Below are positions 33,091 through 42,844 of a stretch of 64,000 bases of DNA, piece by piece. Positions within the stretch are counted from its first letter, which is position 1, and each line of letters begins with the position of its first letter. Source of the DNA: an uncultured bacterium (GTDB taxonomy: Bacteria; Zhuqueibacterota; QNDG01; DTFT01); the NCBI GenBank assembly GCA_963736115.1, contig CAVTNR010000001.1:1-64000 (forward strand), read 5' to 3'. The position numbers and the translations under genes are program-made. The notes beneath the pieces are model-generated. The model saw only the letters and a program-made list of their open reading frames with translations. It was not told where the DNA came from and did no database searches.

Positions 33091-35028
33091 ATGAAAATTG
33101 CGGTACTTGCCATCCCGTTCCTGCTGGCCGGCATCTCCGGAATCCGGGCGCAGGAGGTCCTTGTTCCCGGCGACAACCTGGTGCTGGACGGAATTCCCGC
33201 GATCCCGGCCTCGCTCGCGGAGGACGTGGGCCGGTACACGGAATTCCGTTCCGCCGGATTCTCGGGCTGGCATCCGGTGCGGCGGGAGATGCTCATCTCG
33301 ACCCGTTTCGGAGACGTGAACCAGATCCACCTGGTGAAATTTCCCGGAGGCGCCAGGACACAGATCACATTCTCCAAAGACGCGGTATCCGGCGCGACCT
33401 TCGACCGCGGGAACGGTGATTTTATCGTATTCAATATGGACCGCGGCGGTGACGAGCAGTATCAGAAATACCGCTACGATTTCGCGACCGGAAAAACCGC
33501 GCTTCTCACGGACGGGGCATCCAGGAACACGGGAGGCGCATGGTCCAACGCGGCGGACAGAATCGCCTACATGTCCACAAGGCGGAACGGCAAGGACACG
33601 GATCTCTACACCATGCGCCCCGGAGATCCGAAAACGGACTGTCTGCTGACCCTGCTGGAAGGCGGCGGGTGGTCTTCCCTGGACTGGTCCCCGGATGACT
33701 CGCAAATACTGCTGATGGAGTACATCTCCATCAATGAAAGCTACCTGTGGATCGTGGACGTGAAAACAGGGGAGAAAAAGCTTCTCACGCCCAAGGGCGG
33801 AAAGAAGATGGTGTCGTACAAGGACGCGGCCTTTGACCGGGAGGGCAGGGGGATATACGTGTGCACGGACCGGTTGTCCGAGTTCTCCCAATTCGGCCTG
33901 ATGGATCCGTCCAATCTCAAAATAAAGGTTCTGACAGAATCGATCCCCTGGGACGTGGACGGGTTCTCGCTCTCAAAGGACCGCAACAAGGTTGCATTCG
34001 TGGTCAATGAGAACGGGGCAGGAGTTCTGCATGTTATGGATTTGATGACAGGAGCGGAAATCCCGGTTCCCAAAATGCCGGCCGGTATTGTCGGAGGGTT
34101 CCAGTGGCATCAAAACGGCAGGGAAATCGGATTCAGCTTCTCGTCAGGCCGTTCTCCGAGCGATGTTTACTCGCTCAATATCGAAACCGGAGTCATGGAT
34201 CGGTGGACTTTCAGCGAAACCGCGGGTCTGAACACGGAATCGTTCTCTGAAGCGGAACTGGTGGAGTGGAAATCGTTCGACGGCAGAATGATTTCAGGCT
34301 TCCTGTACAACCCGGGTCCGGCTTTCACCGGGAAACGGCCGGTGATTGTCGAAATTCACGGCGGCCCGGAGGGCCAGGCGAGGCCCGGGTTCCAGGCCAG
34401 GAAAAACTACTGGGTCAATGAGATGGGCATCGCCATACTCCAGCCCAATATCCGCGGGTCTTCGGGATACGGCAAGACTTTTCTGAAACTGGATAACGGT
34501 TTTCTGCGGGAGGATTCATACAAAGACATCGAAGCCCTGCTCGACTGGATACGCGCCAGGCCCGACCTGGACGCGGACCGCATCCTCGTCACCGGCGGAA
34601 GCTACGGCGGGCACATGACTCTGGCCGTGGCCTCGCTGTACAGCGACCGGATCCGTTGTTCGGTGTCGGTGGTCGGCATTTCCAATCTGGTGACCTTTCT
34701 GGAGAACACATCCGGATACAGGCAGGACCTGCGCCGCGTGGAGTACGGGGACGAGCGCGACCCCAAAATGCGCGCGTTCCTCGAGAAAATAGCACCGCTG
34801 AATCGCGCGGACAATATCGCCAAGCCCCTGTTCATCATTCAGGGCGCGAACGACCCGCGCGTGCCTGCCAGCGAAGCGGCGCAGATGATGTCCACACTGA
34901 AGAAAAAGGGCGTGCCCGCCTGGTACCTGCTGGCCAAAGACGAGGGCCACGGCTTCGCGAAGAAAAAGAATCAGGATTTCCAGTTCTTTTCGACGATCCT
35001 GTTCATGCGGGAGTTTCTGCTGAAGTGA
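33091..35028 (+). CDS. S9-family (prolyl oligopeptidase/acylaminoacyl) peptidase, secreted
   Basis: AAGGAG RBS, signal peptide, beta-propeller, IHGGPE, GGSYGG, QGANDPRV, DEGHGF. Confidence 0.93.
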   Translation: MKIAVLAIPFLLAGISGIRAQEVLVPGDNLVLDGIPAIPASLAEDVGRYTEFRSAGFSGWHPVRREMLISTRFGDVNQIHLVKFPGGARTQITFSKDAVSGATFDRGNGDFIVFNMDRGGDEQYQKYRYDFATGKTALLTDGASRNTGGAWSNAADRIAYMSTRRNGKDTDLYTMRPGDPKTDCLLTLLEGGGWSSLDWSPDDSQILLMEYISINESYLWIVDVKTGEKKLLTPKGGKKMVSYKDAAFDREGRGIYVCTDRLSEFSQFGLMDPSNLKIKVLTESIPWDVDGFSLSKDRNKVAFVVNENGAGVLHVMDLMTGAEIPVPKMPAGIVGGFQWHQNGREIGFSFSSGRSPSDVYSLNIETGVMDRWTFSETAGLNTESFSEAELVEWKSFDGRMISGFLYNPGPAFTGKRPVIVEIHGGPEGQARPGFQARKNYWVNEMGIAILQPNIRGSSGYGKTFLKLDNGFLREDSYKDIEALLDWIRARPDLDADRILVTGGSYGGHMTLAVASLYSDRIRCSVSVVGISNLVTFLENTSGYRQDLRRVEYGDERDPKMRAFLEKIAPLNRADNIAKPLFIIQGANDPRVPASEAAQMMSTLKKKGVPAWYLLAKDEGHGFAKKKNQDFQFFSTILFMREFLLK

Positions 35029-35070
35029 ATTTCGTAAGGTTTGCCGGCGTTCCACGCCGTGAGAGTCAAC

Positions 35071-35231
35071 CCTGGGGGTGACCAAAAGGTCCATTTTACC
35101 CGCGCCCTGAGCGAAGTCGAAGGGCGCAAAGTGACGGATTTACAGCTCGCCTCGACGGAGTTTATCCTGAGCGAAGCGAAGGGCTCGGCGAGCGTATTGT
35201 CGCTAATACAGACTTTTTGGACACCCCCAGG
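35071..35231. mobile_element. MITE-like element: 21-bp terminal inverted repeats with nested CCTGAGCGAAG(T)CGAAGGG hairpins
   Basis: CCTGGGGGTGACCAAAAGGTC (35071-35091) versus GACTTTTTGGACACCCCCAGG (35211-35231), 19/21 complementary; internal repeats at 35102-35127 and 35166-35183. Confidence 0.55.
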
Positions 35232-35276
35232 TTCTGTCATAAACGCAGCTCAGGATATAAGCGCCGGACTGAAGGC

Positions 35277-35630
35277 ATGAGACAGGAAAAGGAGACGGAA
35301 AAGAACGGCGCGTCCTGCCACCACAACGTCTACGTCGTCGAGCTTGACCCGTCCGTGCGCAGGAACCGCAGATTCATGGAAGCGAATCCGGACTGCTCCG
35401 AGGACAAACCCTGCGTGTACGTCGGCATGACCGGGCTCACACCCGAGGAACGCTTCGCCAGGCACAAGTCCGGAATCCAATGTTCCTGGTTCGTGAAGAA
35501 ATACGGCATCCGCCTCCTGCCTGAGCTGTACGCATACCTGAACCCCATGCCCTATGAGGCCGCGGCCGAAATGGAGTTTGACTTGGCCGAAGATCTCCGC
35601 GCCGCGGGCTACGGGGTGTGGCAGCATTAA
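35277..35630 (+). CDS. GIY-YIG-like nuclease superfamily protein
   Basis: NVYVVEL..CVYVGMTGLTPEERFARHKSG..AAEME. Confidence 0.75.
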   Translation: MRQEKETEKNGASCHHNVYVVELDPSVRRNRRFMEANPDCSEDKPCVYVGMTGLTPEERFARHKSGIQCSWFVKKYGIRLLPELYAYLNPMPYEAAAEMEFDLAEDLRAAGYGVWQH

Positions 35631-35819
35631 AGGCAAAACAACACCCGCATTTTCCGTTCTGATTAATATTATCCTTATGTTTTTAAAAAAAATACATTAA
35701 ATTACCAATGTGATTCTGAATCCTATAATGCGTGAAAAAGATTGGTATTGAATCTCTGCGTCCGGGGCATCAAATCCTGGATGATCACAAAGGTAACGGT
35801 AACGGAAAGGAGACACCCC

Positions 35820-35933
35820 ATGGGAGATAAAGGCGGGAAAAAGGACAAGAGCAAGGGTCAGAAACAGAAGGCCGTTCAAAAACAGCAAAAGGACCAGAAG
35901 GCGCGGGATAAGCAACCGAAAAGTTCCGGGTGA
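35820..35933 (+). CDS. Small basic protein (37 aa, MGDKGGKKDK...)
   Basis: GAAAGGAGA RBS; Lys/Gln-rich; AT-rich promoter-like region upstream. Confidence 0.65.
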   Translation: MGDKGGKKDKSKGQKQKAVQKQQKDQKARDKQPKSSG

Positions 35934-36077
35934 CATTCATTTAGATTGGAGCATCCCGGGGTTTTAGTTTTCGATTTCGTCTGAACCAGGATGGCCGATC
36001 GACAGAACCTTCGCATGGCCTATCGGCCAGGCGCTGCGGAGCCGCTTTCATACGGCACAAGAGGAAGCCCCGAATCC

Positions 36078-37829
36078 ATGAACGCAATAAAAGTCATGAT
36101 GGCCGCGTCGGTTGTGGTGATATTCGGAATCGGGTGCGCACCTGGTATCCGAAAGGGAGACCGGGATCCCGCAACAACCGGCAGACCTGTTCCGCCCGCG
36201 GCGAAAGCCGTTCCCGCCTTTATGCGATCCCCTGACCTGCTGGTCGCGGAGCAGATCCGAATCCGCATCGAGGATGCCGGTGTCGTCGCGGAGCTCAAGG
36301 CGGCCGGCGAACCGGTCTACGCGAGCGAGGCGCTCCCCGGCTTCTACGAGCAGCGGCTCTACATTCCGGCGTGGAGCGACAAGCGCGGACCCACCCGGCG
36401 GGTCGATGAACTGATCGGCGCGCTCCGCGGAGCGGATCTTGAGGGGCTGCGGACGGCGGACTACCACTTTGCCGCCATCGAGAGCCTGCTCGTCGCGGTG
36501 CGCGCCGACGTCAAGAGCGCGGGCGTGATCATTCCCGACCGGTGGGCGGAGCTTGATCTCCTGCTCACGGACGCCTTTCTGGTTTACGGGTCGCATCTTC
36601 TGGCCGGCCGGGTGAACCCCGAAACCCTCAGACCGGAGTGGGTGGCGAACCGGCGCGGCGCCGATCTCGCCGTCGTGCTGGAGAAAGCCCTGAAGTCGGG
36701 CGACGTCGCGGGCACGCTGACTGATCTGGCGCCCCCTCAGAGGGGTTTCAGCCGTCTGCGCGAGGCGCTGGCCTACCACCGCTCGGTGGCTGAGCGGGGA
36801 GGATGGTCCGAAATTCCGGGCGGTCCGGGACTGAAGCGGGGCGACCACGGCCCGGCAGTGGCCGCGCTTCGCGAGCGGTTGCGCCTCGGGGGAGACTTCG
36901 GGGACCTGGAGTGGGATGACATCGAGCTGTTTGATGAGGAACTCGAGAGGATCTTGAAGGGGTTCCAGAAGCGATACGGTCTGACGGCGACCGGCGTCAT
37001 GGACGCCGCGACCCTCGCGGAGCTCAATGTCAGCGTGGAAAATCGCATCAACCAGCTGGAGCTGAACCTCGAGCGCTGGCGCTGGCTGCCGCAGGACCTG
37101 GGAAAACGCCATATCATCGTGAACATCGCGGCCTTCGAACTGAAAGTCGAGGAAAAGGAGGAGACCGTTCTGGCCATGCGGGTCGTGGTCGGACGGCCCT
37201 ATCACTCCACGCCGGTGTTCAGCGACACGATGCGGTACCTTGTCATCAATCCCTACTGGAACGTGCCCCGGAACATCGCCGTACGGGAAGTGATCCCGCA
37301 CATCCTGCGAGACTCGGCCTATCTGACGAAGGAGAAAACAAAGGTGTTCAAGGGCTGGGGACCGGAAGCGCTTGAAATTGATCCCGCGACGGTGGATTGG
37401 ACGACCGTCGACACGACCTACTTCCCCTACCGGCTGCGGCAGGATTCCGGGCCGATCAATGCGCTGGGGCGGATCAAGTTCATGTTTCTGAATAAATATA
37501 ACGTCTATCTGCACGACACTCCGGCCCGCCGGCTGTTCGACAGAGACCGGCGCGATTTCAGCCACGGATGCATCCGGATCCAGCAACCGTTCGAACTCGC
37601 CCTGTATCTGCTCCAAAAAAATTCTCGTTGGAATCGTGAAACGCTTCTGCGTGAAATGGGCGCGGAGGAAGAACGAAGCGTGCCGCTGCCAGAACCGATA
37701 CCGGTGCACCTGCTTTACTGGACCGCATGGGCTGACGCGGACGGAACGATTCAGTTCCGCAGGGATATCTATAATAGGGATAGTCCTCTTCTGAAGGCCC
37801 TGAGAACGCCTCCGTCCGCCAAAGGATAA
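36078..37829 (+). CDS. L,D-transpeptidase (YcbB/LdtD-like) with PG-binding domain, probable lipoprotein
   Basis: NLERWRWLP, IVNIAAF, VVVGR, NPYWNVPRNI, NALGRIKF, YLHDTP, FSHGCIR. Confidence 0.93.
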   Translation: MNAIKVMMAASVVVIFGIGCAPGIRKGDRDPATTGRPVPPAAKAVPAFMRSPDLLVAEQIRIRIEDAGVVAELKAAGEPVYASEALPGFYEQRLYIPAWSDKRGPTRRVDELIGALRGADLEGLRTADYHFAAIESLLVAVRADVKSAGVIIPDRWAELDLLLTDAFLVYGSHLLAGRVNPETLRPEWVANRRGADLAVVLEKALKSGDVAGTLTDLAPPQRGFSRLREALAYHRSVAERGGWSEIPGGPGLKRGDHGPAVAALRERLRLGGDFGDLEWDDIELFDEELERILKGFQKRYGLTATGVMDAATLAELNVSVENRINQLELNLERWRWLPQDLGKRHIIVNIAAFELKVEEKEETVLAMRVVVGRPYHSTPVFSDTMRYLVINPYWNVPRNIAVREVIPHILRDSAYLTKEKTKVFKGWGPEALEIDPATVDWTTVDTTYFPYRLRQDSGPINALGRIKFMFLNKYNVYLHDTPARRLFDRDRRDFSHGCIRIQQPFELALYLLQKNSRWNRETLLREMGAEEERSVPLPEPIPVHLLYWTAWADADGTIQFRRDIYNRDSPLLKALRTPPSAKG

Positions 37830-37998
37830 CCGGCCAGGGGAACTTTTTACCCATTCCAGCGTGAAAATATTTGTTATGATATAAATTAATGCGGAACCCT
37901 TCTCAACCGGTGGAAGCTTCATCGTCCGGACCCATCCGTTTCCAATTTATAACTTCATAAGGAATAGCGATGCTTCTCGACGATCCATCAGGTCTTTC

Positions 37999-38949
37999 AT
38001 GAAGCGCCTGGCAGCGATCGGTTTGGTGATCAGTGTACTCCCCGCGATCACCACGGCCAGACCCGCCGATCGCACCGAGACGGCGGGGAATCGGGTTGCC
38101 GTCCGCTACCGAGACGCGGTTTCTCCCAACCGGGTGAGGACGTTGACGGTGCTCCCTGGAGAGGCCGTGACTTTCGATGTGGTGGACCCTGAACTGGGAT
38201 CCGGCTACGCGGCGCAATCGGCGGGCGGCCAGCTCGTGCCGCAGGGCACGGGGAGCTGGAAATGGACTCCGCCGTCCGCGCCGGGCCTTTATCCCATCGA
38301 TGTGAAGGCTCCGGACGGAAACGAAGTTGTCCGGCTGCAGGCGTTTGTCGTTGTTCCCTACGAACGGCTCCAGGGTGAATTTCTGCACGGCTATCGAATC
38401 GGCTGTTATCCCGAGAAACCGCTGGCCGGGCGCGCCTGCTACCGGCCGCCTGCGGGATTCGTCGAGGTCAACCGGGAAAATGAAAACGTTCTGGTTTCCC
38501 CGCACTTCCGGCTCGGGCAATTCCTGTGCAAACAGCCGTCCGGCTCCCCGAAGTATGTCGTGCTGAATGAGCGGCTTCTGCTCGCCCTCGAGTATGTTCT
38601 TGAACGGGTGAACGACGCCGGCTATCAGGCGAGCACGTTCCACGTCATGAGCGGGTACCGCACCCCGGCATACAACCGGTCGCTCGGCAATGTCAACTAC
38701 AGCCTTCATCAGTGGGGCGCGGCCGCGGACATCTTCATCGACGAGAACGGGGACGGCATGATGGATGATCTCAACGGCGACGGACGGAGTGATATCCGCG
38801 ACGCGGAAGTGCTCTACCGGCTGATCAATGAAGCCGCGGCCCGTCCGGAGGCGCAAGGGCTGATCGGCGGGCTTGGCAAATATCCCAAGACAGCCGCGCA
38901 TGGTCCCTTCGTCCATGTGGATGTCCGGGAAAACAGGGCGCGGTGGTGA
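37999..38949 (+). CDS. Peptidase M15A (D-Ala-D-Ala carboxypeptidase/YcbK-like), secreted
   Basis: SPHFRLGQF, MSGYRTPAYN, SLHQWGAAADI, FVHVDVR. Confidence 0.88.
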   Translation: MKRLAAIGLVISVLPAITTARPADRTETAGNRVAVRYRDAVSPNRVRTLTVLPGEAVTFDVVDPELGSGYAAQSAGGQLVPQGTGSWKWTPPSAPGLYPIDVKAPDGNEVVRLQAFVVVPYERLQGEFLHGYRIGCYPEKPLAGRACYRPPAGFVEVNRENENVLVSPHFRLGQFLCKQPSGSPKYVVLNERLLLALEYVLERVNDAGYQASTFHVMSGYRTPAYNRSLGNVNYSLHQWGAAADIFIDENGDGMMDDLNGDGRSDIRDAEVLYRLINEAAARPEAQGLIGGLGKYPKTAAHGPFVHVDVRENRARW

Positions 38950-38994
38950 GGATTTTCAGTGACGTTTACCGGATTCGAAATTCTCCAGACTCTC

Positions 38995-39019
38995 AGGTGC
39001 GCTTGACGCACCTTTTTTT
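38995..39019 (+). terminator. Intrinsic terminator
   Basis: AGGTGCG-CTTGA-CGCACCT followed by TTTTTT. Confidence 0.65.
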
Positions 39020-39161
39020 ATGAAGGGTTCGTTTCTCGAGACGCCGGGCGCCGAAACGTCAAATTCCGCCATTTCCGTTTTCCGATCCATTTAAATCTTC
39101 TATTTTAATATAAATATGCTAAATTGCATGGGTGATCATGGAACCCTCACAGGAGGCCTTC

Positions 39162-40172
39162 ATGCCGGAACACCGATTCAGTCACATCACGAAAACCGGA
39201 GAACTCGTGCCGGTTGCGACCCTATCCAAGGCCATTTCCCTGGCGAGAAGGAGCGGATACGCCTGGCTGGATTTTTCGAGCCCGACACTGGAGGAACTCA
39301 CCCACCTCGTCCTTCCGTTGGGGCTTAATTTTCTCTCCATCGAGGACTGCCTGGACGAGAACCAGATCCCCAAAATCGATTTTTACCCCAAGAACACCTT
39401 CATCCTGTTCAATTCCTTCGCCGTCAGCAAGGGAAAACTGACGATCCATGAAGCGGACCTGTTCATCGGATCGAATTTTCTGGTCACGGTCAATTGTCAT
39501 CGCGCCGGGGACAGCCGGGTGAGGCAGAACATCGAGCAGATCGCGGAACTCGATCCCGAAGGCATCCGCCGGGGTCCGGCCTACCTGCTGCACGTCATTC
39601 TCGACCAGCTCGTGGACCGGAAATCCGATGCGATCGAATCACTCGAGGAAAAGCTGGAGGCCGCGGAGGAGTCCATTCTGTCCGATCCGGCGCGTTTCAA
39701 GCCGGAGATGCTCCTGCACCTGCGGCGACATCTGATCGGGGTTCGAAAAAGCCTGTTTCACGAGCGCGAAATACTCGTGAAAATATGCAGGGGCGACTGC
39801 CCGTACATTCCGGAAAAGGCGCTTGCCCTCTTCCGGGACGTCAACGACCACCTGACCCAGTTCCTCGAATTGACTGAAACCCTGCGCGAAACGGTGAACA
39901 ATCTCATGGAAATGCACGTGTCCATGCTGAACAACCGCATGGCGGCCAGCGCCAACGAGACGAACGCAACGGTTCGGCGGTTGACCTTCATCACCACTAT
40001 TTTTATGCCGCTGACGCTCCTGGCCGGAATCGGGGGTATGTCGGAGTGGAGCATGATAACCGGTCCGCATAACTGGAGGATCGCCTACCCGGCTTTTCTG
40101 CTGGGGACGGCCGTCATGGGAGTCGGTAACTATTTTCTGCTGAAGCACCTGGAAAAGAAGGACGCGGGCTGA
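39162..40172 (+). CDS. corA: CorA-family divalent cation transporter
   Basis: AGGAGG RBS; IEDCLDENQIPKID, FIGSNFLVT, NATVRRLTFITTIFMPLTLLAGIGGMSE, two C-terminal TM helices. Confidence 0.9.
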   Translation: MPEHRFSHITKTGELVPVATLSKAISLARRSGYAWLDFSSPTLEELTHLVLPLGLNFLSIEDCLDENQIPKIDFYPKNTFILFNSFAVSKGKLTIHEADLFIGSNFLVTVNCHRAGDSRVRQNIEQIAELDPEGIRRGPAYLLHVILDQLVDRKSDAIESLEEKLEAAEESILSDPARFKPEMLLHLRRHLIGVRKSLFHEREILVKICRGDCPYIPEKALALFRDVNDHLTQFLELTETLRETVNNLMEMHVSMLNNRMAASANETNATVRRLTFITTIFMPLTLLAGIGGMSEWSMITGPHNWRIAYPAFLLGTAVMGVGNYFLLKHLEKKDAG

Positions 40173-40568
40173 GACGGACCACGGACCGCTTCTGCCGCCC
40201 CATCGAACGGGGCGACCGGCTCGTCCGGTTCCCGAAAATCCATTCTGTCGCCGCGATTGCGACTACCTACCGGCCCGCGTGGGCTCTGGAACGGATCGGC
40301 CGGAAGGGGATGGTATCGAGGAGGCGGGTGTTTAAAAAGCAGGATTGATCCGATCGCCGCGGTTTCCGCGGGAACGAGAGAGAGACAGCCGCCCAGGAGG
40401 AATGACCGTAAACCGTCCATCTGAGTGCACGGGCCGCCGGTCGGCCCGGGTGTCCCGGATGCATACCGCGGCGTCCGGTCCCAAAAAAGAATGGAACGCT
40501 TCCCTGTAGGTTTCGTTACACCATATCCCTTCCAGTAGGATCCACAAACCTCGGAAAGGAGGGTGGAC

Positions 40569-40817
40569 ATGAAAACCCGCAGACGATTGACCGCTCTCAT
40601 CGCGTTCGCGGTTTTCGGAACAGCCGGAACCGCATGCGCCAATAAAGCGACCCTGCAGTTCAACGGAATGGCCCCCTACATAGGCGAAGCCCTGTCCGTG
40701 CGGGTCGTTGACAAAGCCACCGGGGACGAAGTGGGCCGCGATCACTTCATGATTGCAGCGGCCTTCTTCACTCTTCCCCCGGGCGGACCTGTCCAAAACA
40801 GAGGGAGACGCTCATGA
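40569..40817 (+). pseudogene. Probable truncated secreted protein (5' stub)
   Basis: Strong RBS, signal peptide, then LQFNGMAPYIGEALSVRVVDKATGDEVGR; ends after about 80 aa overlapping the next ATG. Confidence 0.45.
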
Positions 40818-42481
40818 CCACGGTCGCCGATTATCTCGTGAAACGGCTGGAACAGGCCGGCGTCAGCCACGTATTCGGGGTTCCGGGCGATTATGTCCTG
40901 GATTTCATGGACCGGATCGTCGACAGTCCGTTGAAGTTGGTCAACACGGCCAATGAACTCAACGCGGGATACGCCGCGGACGGTTACGCCCGTGTCCGCG
41001 GCATTTCCGCGATCGTGGTCACCTATGGCGTGGGCGGACTCAGCGCGCTCAATGCCGTGGCCGGCGCGTACGCCGAGCGCGTGCCCATGATCGTCATCAG
41101 CGGCGCGCCGCATTCGAGACTCAGGCACGGACGCGTGCTCATGCACCACCTGGTAGAGAATTACGAGACCCAGATCAACGCCTACCGGCAGGTGACCACC
41201 TCCGCCCAGATGCTGACCGACGCCGCCAGGGCGCCCGAGCAGATCGACCGCGCGGTGAAAACCTGCCTGCGGACTAAGCGGCCGGTGTACATCGAAATTC
41301 CAGTCGATCTGGTCGGCGAGCCGTGCGAGGAACCCTCCGGCGGCCTCGAAGAGGGCTGTCTTCATTGCGACCCGGATGCGATTCGGGAGGCGGTGGCCGA
41401 ATCCTCGGCCATGCTGGCCGGCGCGAAGCGGCCGGCCGTTCTCATCGGAATGGAGGTCAGGCGCTTCGGGCTCGTGCGGCAGATTACCGCGCTTCTCGAG
41501 AAGGGCGGGTACCCGGTTGCCACGACCATCGGCGGTAAAACCGCCATCGCCGAAACGCATCCTCATTATATAGGTGTCTACCAGGGCGGTTTCGGAGAAG
41601 GACTCGCGCACGACATCATCGAGCAGGCGGATGTTCTGCTCTGCCTCGGCGCCTGGATGACCGACATGACGACTGGTGGATTCACGGCCCATCTCGACCC
41701 TGACCGCATGATCAACGCGAACGCGGACCGCGTGCAGATACGCCGTCATTTTTTCGAACAGGTGCGCCTCGCGGATTTCGTGGAAGGTCTCACCGAGGCC
41801 ATCCCGTCCGCGGCCGAGCCCGCGCACCCGCACACGCCGCCTCCCTACCTGGCCGACGGCATCGCGAAGCCGGTGCCCGAAAGGCCGCTGACCGTGGCCC
41901 GGTTCTTCGAGCGTCTGGGCGCCTTCATGGACAACAACATGGTCGTGGTGAGCGACACAGGAGATGTGATGTTCGGATCGACCGGGTTCCACCGGGCGGA
42001 GCCGGAGAGCTACTTCGCACAGGATTACTACCTGTCGATCGGGTACAGCCTGCCCGCGGGCCTGGGTATCGGGCTGGCTGCGAAGGACAAAAGACCGGTT
42101 GTGCTCATCGGCGACGGCGCCTTTCAGATGACCGCGCAGGAATTCTCGTCGTACCGCAGGAACGGGGTGAACGCCGTGGTATTCGTTCTGAACAACCACG
42201 GGTACGTCATCGAACGCCTCATCCACGATGGGCCGTACAATGAAATCCATCCATGGGCCTATCACAAGATTCCGGAGGCGCTCGGCTGTCCGGCCGGCTT
42301 GCTGGCAAGGACCGAGGGCGAACTGGAGAAAGCTCTCGAGGAGGTTTCGCGCCGAAAAGATGAGCCCGTGCTCGTGGAGATCGTGGTCGACCGCATGGAT
42401 GCGTCGAAAACCCTCACCCGGGTCGGGCAGCAGGTGCGAAAGCTTTCCAGTCACGCGGCCGGCGGGCCGCATGAGGCGTGA
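40814..42481 (+). CDS. TPP-dependent alpha-keto-acid decarboxylase (indolepyruvate/pyruvate decarboxylase family)
   Basis: VFGVPGDY, NELNAGYAADGYAR, TYGVGGLSALNAVAGAYAE, GDGAFQMT..NNHGYVIER. Confidence 0.95.
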   Translation: MTTVADYLVKRLEQAGVSHVFGVPGDYVLDFMDRIVDSPLKLVNTANELNAGYAADGYARVRGISAIVVTYGVGGLSALNAVAGAYAERVPMIVISGAPHSRLRHGRVLMHHLVENYETQINAYRQVTTSAQMLTDAARAPEQIDRAVKTCLRTKRPVYIEIPVDLVGEPCEEPSGGLEEGCLHCDPDAIREAVAESSAMLAGAKRPAVLIGMEVRRFGLVRQITALLEKGGYPVATTIGGKTAIAETHPHYIGVYQGGFGEGLAHDIIEQADVLLCLGAWMTDMTTGGFTAHLDPDRMINANADRVQIRRHFFEQVRLADFVEGLTEAIPSAAEPAHPHTPPPYLADGIAKPVPERPLTVARFFERLGAFMDNNMVVVSDTGDVMFGSTGFHRAEPESYFAQDYYLSIGYSLPAGLGIGLAAKDKRPVVLIGDGAFQMTAQEFSSYRRNGVNAVVFVLNNHGYVIERLIHDGPYNEIHPWAYHKIPEALGCPAGLLARTEGELEKALEEVSRRKDEPVLVEIVVDRMDASKTLTRVGQQVRKLSSHAAGGPHEA

Positions 42482-42844
42482 CGGCCGGAAGAGAGATCGC
42501 TTAAACCGGCGTGGCAGCCTGATTACCGTGGTGCGGTTCGATCAGCGGCCGTGGCTCTGCCGGAGACCAGAGCCCGGCCTGCGATCCCTCGTTGAATGAC
42601 TTGCTTTTTCAGATAATATTAGCTACTTTTCCCCTCATGATCGTCCGAGACCGCTGATCGCGGATTCTATCGAGTCCCACTTTAATCCTCGGACCACTTT
42701 TATGGCCGGAAATCTTGACTGAAGCCTCCCGCGGCTCAGTCCCGCGTTGCGGGACCTACCGATGCATTCCTTTTTTTGAAAATTGCACGGGACCAGGTAT
42801 TGTTCGCATTGACGATTGGAATCAACTTCAGGAAGGAAAGATGC

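Noticed and set aside
32272-35028. 918-aa fusion ORF
   Set aside because: Frameshift artefact joining the lipoprotein 3' part to the S9 peptidase, which has its own RBS and signal peptide at 33091.
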